From assembly GCA_964366085.1 (NCBI GenBank), contig CAYISM010000001.1:17211-81210 (forward strand): a stretch of DNA of 64,000 nucleotides. Reading direction: 5' to 3'. Shown in pieces: positions 47,290-55,729 of the stretch. Both the position numbers and the translations under genes were made by a program. Source of the DNA: an uncultured Gammaproteobacteria bacterium. Its GTDB lineage: Bacteria > Patescibacteriota > Microgenomatia > UBA8517. Each line of letters begins with the position of its first letter. Position 1 is the first letter of the stretch. Below the pieces are notes generated by a model. It did not search any database, was not told where the DNA came from, and was given only the letters and a program-made list of their open reading frames with translations.

Positions 47290-47778
47290 TCACTCGACCT
47301 TTAGAAGTTCTACTTCGAAGATTAAAGTTGCGTTGGGGCCAATTACGCCACCCGCACCGTTTTCCCCGTAACCCAAATCAGGTGGAATCGTGAGCCGGCG
47401 CTTTCCGCCAACTTTCATTCCGGATACTCCCAAATCCCATCCTTTTATAACCTCGCCGACGCCTAAATTAAAGCTAAATGGTTGCTTTCTGTCATAAGAA
47501 CTGTCAAATTTGGTTCCATTCTCAAGGGTTCCCAAATAATCAACAGTTACCTTTTTGCCGGATACTGCTTCCTCTCCCGTACCAATCTTTATATCTTCGA
47601 TTTTTAATTGATTCATATCTTTTTCCTTCTCTTGATTAATGATATCAGACGGGGAACTTTGCGTCTCAATTAATGACGGATTAATTTCTTTTTTGTTTCC
47701 ATCCTTCAAAAAAATAAAGGCAATTAAGGCTACGAAAATTAAAATAACTATTATCAAGACAATTTTGACTTTTGACAT
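47290..47778 (-). CDS. FKBP-type peptidyl-prolyl isomerase with N-terminal TM
   Basis: Y.GTL.NG.KFDSSYDR, VIKGWD.G..GM.VG.KR.L.IPP.LGYG and PNATL.FEVEL motifs. Confidence 0.95.
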   Translation of the reverse strand: MSKVKIVLIIVILIFVALIAFIFLKDGNKKEINPSLIETQSSPSDIINQEKEKDMNQLKIEDIKIGTGEEAVSGKKVTVDYLGTLENGTKFDSSYDRKQPFSFNLGVGEVIKGWDLGVSGMKVGGKRRLTIPPDLGYGENGAGGVIGPNATLIFEVELLKVE

Positions 47779-47800
47779 GCTGAAATATTTTAGCACTCTT

Positions 47801-47995
47801 TCAATTTGTAAAAAGATGGTAAAACTTATCATTTTCATCGTGTCCGGTTCTTGAAAGAAGGGTTGCGTTATATCCGAAGGCTGCTTCGTCAACGGTCAAG
47901 CCGGGAGGAGTATTAAGAATTCTATAAGAAAAAAATAAGGCCAGGGCGATTAAAACGATGCCCGCCAGAAAAATTTTCTTTAAAGTTTTATTCAT
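47801..47995 (-). pseudogene. 5' fragment of an ArnT/PMT-like GT-C gene
   Basis: PPGLTVDEAAFGYNA...TGHDE matches the N-termini of 655 and 2374, but the ORF stops at 64 aa. Confidence 0.8.
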
Positions 47996-48005
47996 TTCTT
48001 ACTCT

Positions 48006-48049
48006 TCCGCCTCTGCTGGAAAATGCCAGTTAAATGGGGTACTGCACAG
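48006..48049. repeat. Direct repeat, copy 1 (21-bp identical core, about 44 bp homologous)
   Basis: TCCGCCTCTGCTGGAAAATGC also occurs at 54503-54523. Confidence 0.9.
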
Positions 48050-48071
48050 CATGGATCTAAATTATCCAATC

Positions 48072-51000
48072 TCATCCTGTTTGATCAATTATGTCAAAAA
48101 TCCGTTGTCGCTCCTTGATATCCTCAATTTTTGGACCAATTACTTCTTTAATTGCTGCTTTGGGATCAACTGTATGATTCATAATTGCAGCTACCCTTGT
48201 CGTTGCCCTAAGAGAGAACGGAAAATCAACCTGCTCTAAGCTTCTGCCACTTTGATAAGCATCGAAGGCTTCTCTGATTTTGTTGGCAACTTTTACGACA
48301 ATAAGTAGACGCTTTACCGCATCCTCTCGCTCCGCAGTTTTGAACTGTTCTCCCCCTTTACCTTGCTCTTTATTTACTACCAAATTCCAGAGCGAAACAA
48401 ATTCCGTTTGATTAAGCGCTTTAAGTGGTTCCATCATCTTGGCTGCCATTTCTGCCTCGTCCGAGCGATACCTCACTTGATTCTGGCTACCCGTTTCCTG
48501 CAAAGGTGGATAGCCATACAGTAAAATATCAGCTCTGTCTTTGACCTCTGGTGATAACTTTTTGGTTCCAATATAACGAGTAGGATTCATGTCTCCAACA
48601 AACAAAACGCTTGGATGGGCACGAATTTGTTGTTTTCGATTGCCCTCTGTAACGAAAACCGAACGACGATAATCAAAAAGGGAGTTGAGCAATTTGAGGA
48701 CTTCCGGTGGTAATGTATTAATTTCAGTGAAGTCAATCATTGTCCCTGGCCTTTGTATACCATTAATGAGTTGAGAGGGAATCTTTACAGTTCCTGTCTT
48801 GGGGTCAAACCAATATTCATAGATCAAATCCTGCCTTTCCATGGAAAAGTTACATGGAATCGTAACAATTTCCTCGTTAGTAAAATGGCCGAACATGTCC
48901 CAAAGAACATTTTTGCCTGCGCCAGCTTCACTCTCAACGACCAAAATCCCATCCTGCATCTCTAATTGTAATTTGGCTCTCTTGGCAATCCTGCCATGCA
49001 TTTCTCGCATGTATTGAGTGTAAACCCATTTTTCATTCCAAGTCGGGACTGTCCTTTCTTGGGCCGCAAAAAACGCTCGAGCTTCAGGAGTAGTCAAAGA
49101 AATTACTTGCTCAGTAGTAGGATCAGTTAAGGATAGGGGAATGGACCCTAATCTATCAGGAACAAATTCTCGGCCGCTAGTGTCCGCATAGACTAAATGA
49201 CCAAATTGACTGCCTGGAGACAAGGGGACAATTTTTGGTGCCCAAGCAGCTTTAGACTGGGCAAAAACAGGAAATTTTTCCCCTGCAAAATCAACCTCGC
49301 CTGCTTTTTGTAATACTCCTGCACTTTTAGCAATACGAAGATTCGTGGTTGCCTTAGCTAATAATGCCTCTAGTTTAGTCTCCTCTTCTTGCCTCAATTC
49401 TGACGGGAGTGAGAGAATTTTTGCTCGCAGTTGAATAAGTTGGGGACTTCTTCTCAGCCTTTCCAAATCCGCATTTGATGCTACCGTTTCTATAATTCTT
49501 GTTTCAAATTCACTGACGCCCTGACGGATAATGTCAACTTCGCCGACCAATTTCGTCCTTTTCGCTTCTTCTGCTAGTACCGCAGACTGCCTGATTTGTT
49601 CTCGTTTAGAGTTTATTACTCCTGATAATTTTTGCTGCCACTCAGCTGCTGCCTTAGGATCTTTAATGAAAAAGGTAAGTTGATCAAACTTGAGAATTGC
49701 TTCGTGGCCTGAGAGGTCAGAAAGCTCATCGAGAGAGCCCGCCCTGTCAATTAACGCTTGTACGCGGGTTAACTCTCCAGGAAGAATTGAGGTGATTTGT
49801 GCTTGATAATGCTCAACTACCGTATCTCTTTTCTGTTTTAATGCTTGGATTCTTTCATCTATTTCCCTTCTCTTCTCCGGATCAATAATATTGGCCTTCC
49901 CTCTTTCTAACTCCAATTCTGTTACTTTAGCATCCAAATTGGCCGCTTGGTCGACAGTTTTTATATCTTTCCCCAAAGTTTCGACCCGACTAATTGCCTG
50001 GGCAAGTCCCTCGACTTGAATGGCAGAAATTCTGCCACCGATATCAGCCTCCATTTTATTAAAGCTCTGGGGGTAGTCTATAAATCGTGAATCCTGTTTG
50101 AGTCTTTCTATATCTGAGGAGACCAGAGCCAATTCATTAGGAGTTTTAGCCTTATTAATTCTCTCACCAAATAGCTTCTGTAACTGGGCTTCAAGTGCTT
50201 TATTCACGTCTATTTCAGTAAATTTACGCGGGGTTCTGGCTTGCGCGGTGTCTACAGTCAAGTTCCCGGCTGCTTCTATCAGTTGACGTAATCTTTCCTC
50301 ATGCTGTCTTTTAACTGCTTCAACACCCCCAGGTGGAATACCTGCAAAGTTGGTCTGAACCAGGCGGACTCGATTTTGATCGTCTGAAAAATAGATCTGT
50401 CCATCAGGCGCTACCGTCATATCTCCACCGACTCCATCGATTTCCTTTACTTTTTTACCCGAAGCTTTGTCAACGATTACCAATTTGCCTGAGGTTTCAC
50501 TTGGGTCTTTTTTAACTGTCAGAACAAAAAAATTGCCATTTGGTTCTAATGCAAAGTCTGTCGGTCTACCTCCTAAATCTTCCATGGGGACTGGCCGAAC
50601 GTCTGGATTTCGGCTTTTGACAGAAGAAATGTTTATCGTTTGAACTTTCCCGGTGGCTTGATCCAAAACATAGATCAGTTCAGGATCGTTGGGGTTATAA
50701 GAAGCCTCTTGAGTCAATTGTCTATAAAGAACTTCCTTAGTTTTCGGATCGGTAATTGTTAATAAGCCCTGATAATCCCGTTTCATTTCGACATCGTATT
50801 TTGTAATACTTATTGTTTGTTCTCGTGGTGTTGCTAGTTGTGGGGGAATGTCGCTAATAGATAATATGCCATCCCCTCCCATTATCTTTGAATCGATTAG
50901 TGAACGATATCTCCACTTACCCGGTGAAACAATCTGACCTTTGTTGGCAACTTCAGCAATAATTGGTTTTCCAGCAACCACTATTCTGATGAAATTCCCA

Positions 51001-51557
51001 TCAGGAGAGATCTCAAGATGAGGGTCTACGGTTAAGAGAGGAGTTGTTCCAAAAACAGTTTTGGGCGATTGAGCCAATCCACTTCTTAGCTTACTCATTT
51101 CTATATACAGTTTTTCATCACTTTTTTCTACTATGTTGTGAGTGATTTGCTTGGCAAGTTCAAATACTTTACTAGCCAACTCTAACCCTATCGGTTCAGA
51201 TAGATCTTGACAGTACTTCTTTGGAAATTCATCAAAACGTACCCAATTGCCGCCTTTTTTTGTGGATAATTCAGCAATATCCTCCAGTGTTAGTGCTCGA
51301 TAAAAAGGTAGAATAACTTTGTCTCCTTGATTGTCATAAATGTCAATAACGTAGCCGTTAGGTTCGCCCCGAACAACAAATGTATAACCCCGCGCGGCTG
51401 TAATACTTTCAATTCTAGTTGTGGAATTGTCTTTAAGTATTTCTGGTGGTTGGAGTTCGGCTTGAACGAACGATCCCAAACCACTTTCGGCAGGTACGGG
51501 CCTGAGAGCGTCCCCCATTTGTCCAGTAATTCGTTCTGATGCAAGTGGTTCTGTCAT
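48072..51557 (-). CDS. Large MoxR/dynein-related AAA+ ATPase with beta-propeller-like and helical N-terminal regions
   Basis: SEAGAGKN Walker A, DFTEIN Walker B variant, LN.L.D, MNP..Y.G...L....DR and FSLR motifs; start MTEPL. Confidence 0.8.
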   Translation of the reverse strand: MTEPLASERITGQMGDALRPVPAESGLGSFVQAELQPPEILKDNSTTRIESITAARGYTFVVRGEPNGYVIDIYDNQGDKVILPFYRALTLEDIAELSTKKGGNWVRFDEFPKKYCQDLSEPIGLELASKVFELAKQITHNIVEKSDEKLYIEMSKLRSGLAQSPKTVFGTTPLLTVDPHLEISPDGNFIRIVVAGKPIIAEVANKGQIVSPGKWRYRSLIDSKIMGGDGILSISDIPPQLATPREQTISITKYDVEMKRDYQGLLTITDPKTKEVLYRQLTQEASYNPNDPELIYVLDQATGKVQTINISSVKSRNPDVRPVPMEDLGGRPTDFALEPNGNFFVLTVKKDPSETSGKLVIVDKASGKKVKEIDGVGGDMTVAPDGQIYFSDDQNRVRLVQTNFAGIPPGGVEAVKRQHEERLRQLIEAAGNLTVDTAQARTPRKFTEIDVNKALEAQLQKLFGERINKAKTPNELALVSSDIERLKQDSRFIDYPQSFNKMEADIGGRISAIQVEGLAQAISRVETLGKDIKTVDQAANLDAKVTELELERGKANIIDPEKRREIDERIQALKQKRDTVVEHYQAQITSILPGELTRVQALIDRAGSLDELSDLSGHEAILKFDQLTFFIKDPKAAAEWQQKLSGVINSKREQIRQSAVLAEEAKRTKLVGEVDIIRQGVSEFETRIIETVASNADLERLRRSPQLIQLRAKILSLPSELRQEEETKLEALLAKATTNLRIAKSAGVLQKAGEVDFAGEKFPVFAQSKAAWAPKIVPLSPGSQFGHLVYADTSGREFVPDRLGSIPLSLTDPTTEQVISLTTPEARAFFAAQERTVPTWNEKWVYTQYMREMHGRIAKRAKLQLEMQDGILVVESEAGAGKNVLWDMFGHFTNEEIVTIPCNFSMERQDLIYEYWFDPKTGTVKIPSQLINGIQRPGTMIDFTEINTLPPEVLKLLNSLFDYRRSVFVTEGNRKQQIRAHPSVLFVGDMNPTRYIGTKKLSPEVKDRADILLYGYPPLQETGSQNQVRYRSDEAEMAAKMMEPLKALNQTEFVSLWNLVVNKEQGKGGEQFKTAEREDAVKRLLIVVKVANKIREAFDAYQSGRSLEQVDFPFSLRATTRVAAIMNHTVDPKAAIKEVIGPKIEDIKERQRIFDIIDQTG

Positions 51558-51577
51558 TTTATCCGATAATAAAAGCT

Positions 51578-53809
51578 TCAAATCTGTCTCATTCTTGAGA
51601 CATATAAAAGTGTGTTTCGCAAAACCTGGAATGCTGATTCTGGTAATTGACCGAATGTCTCCGGCACAGCAACATTTTCTTCACCAAAATAGAAAGCCAG
51701 ATCTCTTTTCAACTGCTCTCTTTGGACAGGATCCTGAGCTAGTGCAAAGGCTTTAAGAATGGTACTTGATTTTCTCGTACCGATGTAATCTTTGAGTTCT
51801 TGACCTGTCCTTCCCGCATTAGCTCTACCATCAGAAATGGTGAAAATGGCGCCAAAACTTTCCGGAAAAATCCTCTGCGCTTCACTTGTTTCCTCTAAAG
51901 CTTTTGTTATACCGCTATCTAGATCAGTCGATTCACCACTGGCATTAGTCATAGTTACCAGTTTTTTCTTAATCGCATATCTTGGCTCATCGAAAGGTTG
52001 TGTAAAGTCCATAATTTGTTCCGTTTGACTGCCAAATAATTTGATAGCGAAAGGCATTTCGTAATGCTTAAAAACTTGGGCAAAGAAAATAGCGGTTTTG
52101 ATAGCTACCTCCATTTTTTCGCCCGACATACTACTACTGTTATCGATAAGTAGGGTTGCGTAGAGTAAGGCCTCGGGCAAATCTACGACTTCTTTTCTTT
52201 TAAGGATTCTATAATCTCCTACCGGTATTCTTTGAGCCGCCGTTCGACTATCCGGTCTACTTCCGGTTATAAAGCGTCCTGTTCTTACTACGCGATACTT
52301 TTTGGGAACATACGGGTCGATCATGTCGATGAATCGTCGGGTGTAAGGAAGTATTTCTGCTTCAAGTTGTTGATAACGGCGGTAGTGTTCTAAATCCTGC
52401 TCGTCAAATCCTGCTCGTAACATTTCTGTCTTTTCCTGCATCTTCCCCTCTTTACTTCGTCGTTCCGAGTCCCTTGTCTGTTGAGCCTGTGACTCTTTAC
52501 TAAGACGTTCCATTTCTCCAGTTTCCATTTCTGATAACATTTTTTCGAGCTCAGCCGCTGTTTTTTGACCATTCTTTGGATCTTCCCCCTTAAGATGAGC
52601 CTTGTATTCTCCTGTTTTTTGGTCTTTTTCCATCCGAAGAAGTTTTGGGAGCTCTTTATTTAGTGTTTCTGATTGTTTACGGTCAAGTTCCTCCCGAGCT
52701 TTGGCCATTAATCTCTGTTTTAAATCTTCTGGTAGTTGTTCGATGGCCTTCTCAAGAGCTGCTTCCTGCTCTGGTGATAGTTCGCCTGGTTGTTGATCCT
52801 CTGATCCGCCTTGTTGGCCACCCCTAAGCGATTTTTCAAGTTCTCGCTTCAAGTCTTGAGGCAATTTCTGGGTGGCTTCTCGCCCCGGATTGTTACCGAT
52901 CTCTTCTCCTGATTGCTGGCCCTTACCTTGACCACGTCTCTCTTGTCCCTGTCCTTGTTGACCTTGGCCTTGGCCTTTCTGCTCCTGCTGGAGGTTTTGC
53001 TTTATCTGGTCTTTAGCTTCGTCTTTCTGAGCTTGCGCTTCCAAAACTTTAAAAGTTGGCCAGATTTTTTCTCTGAAGAGTTTGTGATTATCTGCCGGGG
53101 TTGCCCCGTAAAAATATTCTTCTAGTGCTGGTTTTATTTGTTCAAAGGCGCTTCTAACTCTTTCATCTTTAAGAGTGGGTAAATTCTCTCCAGTAAGCCA
53201 GTAGTAAATGACATTTAATCCTAGTTGGTGGGTAATTGGCTGAGTAGATACATGGGGAATAATTTCTGCCGTGCTGGCTGCGTATCTTGTTTTCATCTGC
53301 TGCTCTACTACCGTGGAGTCTTCAATTTCTCGAATATTTACCCAAACATCCTCGGGATAGTTAATTGCCATGGCATAGGTACTAGGCAAAACGCCTTGCT
53401 CTTGTGCCCACCTTTGCCCTTCAAGGAATAATCTATAATCTGTATTATTGACATGTCCCACTTCGTGACGAAGTACACCCAGAACTTCATCCTCTGGCTT
53501 GGTGGCTACTTCTTTCTCATCATAGTGAATTTGGGTTGGGTGAAATGTTGAGTTTGGTAAGCCGTCCAAGGTGGGTCTTTGACCCATGACATATTTCTCT
53601 ACTTCCTCTAAATGTTCGTTGTCTAAACCCGCAGACCAACCCCCGTGTTCTGAAGGAACAACGGTGAGACTATAAGTTCTAGAAAATACCCGTGCTATCC
53701 AAGCCATTTTCTGCTTCCGCTCGGCAACCATTTCCGAAGTCAAAGCCTCCTCTGATCTACTAAGGGCTGATCCAGTCACTTGCACGTTTTTATCTATTAA
53801 CTCGGTCAT
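51578..53809 (-). CDS. CobT/NorD-like VWA protein with an N-terminal HExxH metallopeptidase-like domain
   Basis: HEVGH..N..ED.WVN; Q/G-rich linker; MIDAS DNSSSM...T...ISDG. Confidence 0.82.
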   Translation of the reverse strand: MTELIDKNVQVTGSALSRSEEALTSEMVAERKQKMAWIARVFSRTYSLTVVPSEHGGWSAGLDNEHLEEVEKYVMGQRPTLDGLPNSTFHPTQIHYDEKEVATKPEDEVLGVLRHEVGHVNNTDYRLFLEGQRWAQEQGVLPSTYAMAINYPEDVWVNIREIEDSTVVEQQMKTRYAASTAEIIPHVSTQPITHQLGLNVIYYWLTGENLPTLKDERVRSAFEQIKPALEEYFYGATPADNHKLFREKIWPTFKVLEAQAQKDEAKDQIKQNLQQEQKGQGQGQQGQGQERRGQGKGQQSGEEIGNNPGREATQKLPQDLKRELEKSLRGGQQGGSEDQQPGELSPEQEAALEKAIEQLPEDLKQRLMAKAREELDRKQSETLNKELPKLLRMEKDQKTGEYKAHLKGEDPKNGQKTAAELEKMLSEMETGEMERLSKESQAQQTRDSERRSKEGKMQEKTEMLRAGFDEQDLEHYRRYQQLEAEILPYTRRFIDMIDPYVPKKYRVVRTGRFITGSRPDSRTAAQRIPVGDYRILKRKEVVDLPEALLYATLLIDNSSSMSGEKMEVAIKTAIFFAQVFKHYEMPFAIKLFGSQTEQIMDFTQPFDEPRYAIKKKLVTMTNASGESTDLDSGITKALEETSEAQRIFPESFGAIFTISDGRANAGRTGQELKDYIGTRKSSTILKAFALAQDPVQREQLKRDLAFYFGEENVAVPETFGQLPESAFQVLRNTLLYVSRMRQI

Positions 53810-53931
53810 CAGTTCAGATACTCCTTACATAGATTCATATTACCAATTAGCCAGTCCGTAAACAACGAATGATTTTCTGTTACCAAACAAAACTGAAACC
53901 TTTGTAATTGAGGTTACTGACATTTCTTGAA

Positions 53932-54183
53932 CTATTTGTAAATTTCTCTTCTGTGACCAACTCGGAGAATAATGATATTTTTACCACCAATGTCGAAAAT
54001 TACTCTGTAATTTCCAGCTCGAAAGCGATATGTTCCTAATCGAGGATCTGTCAGCTTTTTGGAATACTTGAAAGGGCTCAGAGAAAGAAATTCTAACCTC
54101 TTTTTTATTTTCTTTCTGGCAACTCTGTCCAGTTTCTTAATATCCCTTACCGCAGATTTTGTATAAAGAAGATTGTAAACCAT
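53932..54183 (-). CDS. RelE/ParE-family toxin
   Basis: A.RDIKKL, KKL, YRFRAGNYRVIF and VGHRREIY motifs. Confidence 0.92.
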   Translation of the reverse strand: MVYNLLYTKSAVRDIKKLDRVARKKIKKRLEFLSLSPFKYSKKLTDPRLGTYRFRAGNYRVIFDIGGKNIIILRVGHRREIYK

Positions 54184-54431
54184 TAGATCTCACCAAAAAC
54201 TTGGGAGTGCGAAAGAATATCGCCTTTTTTATATTCCTCCCTGGCTTTTTTAATGCTTGCAATATATTTTTTATTGGAGAAAGCCAAAAGATCTTCGAAA
54301 AAATCTATATTAACCAAGGCAGAAGTTATCCTTCCTTTGCGAGACACGAGAAGAAAATCTTTCTTGGATGAAACTTCCTTGATCGCATCCGCTAAATTAT
54401 TCCTAAGCGTCGCAGAACTTACAACATTCAT
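54183..54431 (-). CDS. Phd/YefM-family antitoxin
   Basis: VSSATLRNNL..I..V, V.R.G...ALV motifs; overlaps the toxin start; start MNVV. Confidence 0.88.
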   Translation of the reverse strand: MNVVSSATLRNNLADAIKEVSSKKDFLLVSRKGRITSALVNIDFFEDLLAFSNKKYIASIKKAREEYKKGDILSHSQVFGEI

Positions 54432-54441
54432 GTCAGTTTCT

Positions 54442-54469
54442 ATTGTACATCTAAAGTGTACGATATCAA
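54442..54469 (-). promoter_or_regulatory. Toxin-antitoxin promoter and operator
   Basis: TTGATA-16-TACAAT on the minus strand, overlapped by the inverted repeat ATTGTACA-N7-TGTACGAT; TGTACA is the core of the E. coli yefM-yoeB operator. Confidence 0.7.
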
Positions 54470-54502
54470 GACAACAGTTCCGGTAACGACATTTTTTGCT
54501 TA

Positions 54503-54546
54503 TCCGCCTCTGCTGGAAAATGCTATACGAATAGGGAACCACACAG
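54503..54546. repeat. Direct repeat, copy 2
   Basis: Homologous to 48006-48049. Confidence 0.9.
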
Positions 54547-54577
54547 TTAGCTCGCTTACTGCTTGCCCCTTCTAAAC

Positions 54578-55630
54578 TTATTGTTGAAAATAATTATTAA
54601 TTGCGAATTGAAGCTGTCCCATATAAAGACGCTTAAAGTTATATAAATTGTTGGTTTCATAGAAAACAACCATAGCACTTCGATATTCGTTAACATCAAT
54701 ATTTCGATAAGATAATGGAAAATAATCGTAAGCCATTAAAACTGCATTTGAAAGCATGCGTGAAGTCCTTTTATTTCCATCAGCAAATGGCTGGATATAT
54801 GCGATCATTATCGCCAATATCAATGCCTTTTCAGGTGAATATTCAGTTTTATTTACACGTTCAATTAATTGCCTTAGTACGTTTTCGATCTGATGTTTAT
54901 CAGATAATGGCTCATACTGCGTCCCGGAAATCTTCACCTTTTGCGATCTAACTCCAGAAGTTATTAGACCTTTCGTTAACACTTGGTGTAACTGAATAAT
55001 ATCGGCAAAATCTAATTTTTTAAATGAATCCTTTTTATCTAAGATCACTTCAAATGCTTTTTTGTGGTTTAAAATCATCACAGCCTCTTCATCTGAATGT
55101 CCATGGGCCTTGATATTCTGTTTAATCAAGGTTTCCGTTTCGATTAAAGTATATGTGTTTCCTTCAATTTGTGATGATTTCCATGAGAGTTCAATGATAA
55201 ATCTCTCAAGTTCTCTTTTATAAATTGATGGATCTAATTTGTTCCCCGCCTCTTTAAAGATTTTTTTGCTTCTTTCCCATAGGTTAATCTCATCCGGTGA
55301 ATATAAATTATTTAGACGAGAAAACACATTATTGTTAAATTTTTTGCTAATAATCCTAGCTTCAATTTCCGTTTTAAAATAATCATCTAGGTCAAGATAT
55401 GTAAGCAGGGAGTTTGTTTCAACCAACCCGTAAATAGTATTTTTCCCCTTCCCCGACATTTCAACAAGATTTAAATCAATAAGGCGATTAAGGTCCCGAA
55501 TAAAAGTGATCCTCGAAATACTTTCGTCAGGTGAAATTTGGCTGGCCAAAACAAGACGGGATATGCTACCCGCCTCTTTTAAGATCTTGAGAATTTTCTT
55601 CTGGCGATCGTTAAGATTCGTATCATTCAT
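54578..55630 (-). CDS. Fic-domain protein with N-terminal winged HTH
   Basis: QPFADGNKRTSR Fic motif (H to Q), SSQIEGN inhibitory motif, RQ..IL...RDL..L HTH; start MNDTN. Confidence 0.9.
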   Translation of the reverse strand: MNDTNLNDRQKKILKILKEAGSISRLVLASQISPDESISRITFIRDLNRLIDLNLVEMSGKGKNTIYGLVETNSLLTYLDLDDYFKTEIEARIISKKFNNNVFSRLNNLYSPDEINLWERSKKIFKEAGNKLDPSIYKRELERFIIELSWKSSQIEGNTYTLIETETLIKQNIKAHGHSDEEAVMILNHKKAFEVILDKKDSFKKLDFADIIQLHQVLTKGLITSGVRSQKVKISGTQYEPLSDKHQIENVLRQLIERVNKTEYSPEKALILAIMIAYIQPFADGNKRTSRMLSNAVLMAYDYFPLSYRNIDVNEYRSAMVVFYETNNLYNFKRLYMGQLQFAINNYFQQ

Positions 55631-55639
55631 ACTCTTTAA

Positions 55640-55659
55640 TCGTATCATAAATGATACGA
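55640..55659. promoter_or_regulatory. Putative Fic autoregulatory operator
   Basis: TCGTATCAT-AA-ATGATACGA; a further TCGTATCAT half-site at 55618-55626. Confidence 0.7.
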
Positions 55660-55699
55660 ATAGTGAACACTCCGAAGAGCTCGGCGAATGGAACTCAAT

Positions 55700-55718
55700 G
55701 TACACCTCGGAGGTGTAC
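55700..55718. repeat. Intergenic REP-like palindrome just downstream of secA
   Basis: GTACACCTC-G-GAGGTGTAC with perfect arms and no U-tract. Confidence 0.75.
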
Positions 55719-55729
55719 TAGCTTGGCAC

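Noticed and set aside
47779-47892. N-terminal extension of the FKBP ORF; similar extensions in trmD, rmlB, rmlC, the antitoxin, fic, the AAA gene and the 60742 ORF
   Set aside because: They overlap neighbouring genes, promoters or remnants, and downstream ATGs fit the family N-termini better.
48027-48060. DPCC-like peptide after the AAA gene as another SecA SEC-C remnant
   Set aside because: The spacing to HFP does not match CPCGSGKKWKRCHYP, so it is treated only as part of the direct repeat.
52915-52995. Q/G-rich repeats in the VWA gene
   Set aside because: This is a typical disordered linker of CobT-like VWA proteins.
53810-53931. Intergenic gap inspected for a tRNA or ncRNA
   Set aside because: No cloverleaf, T-loop or recognisable structured RNA was found.
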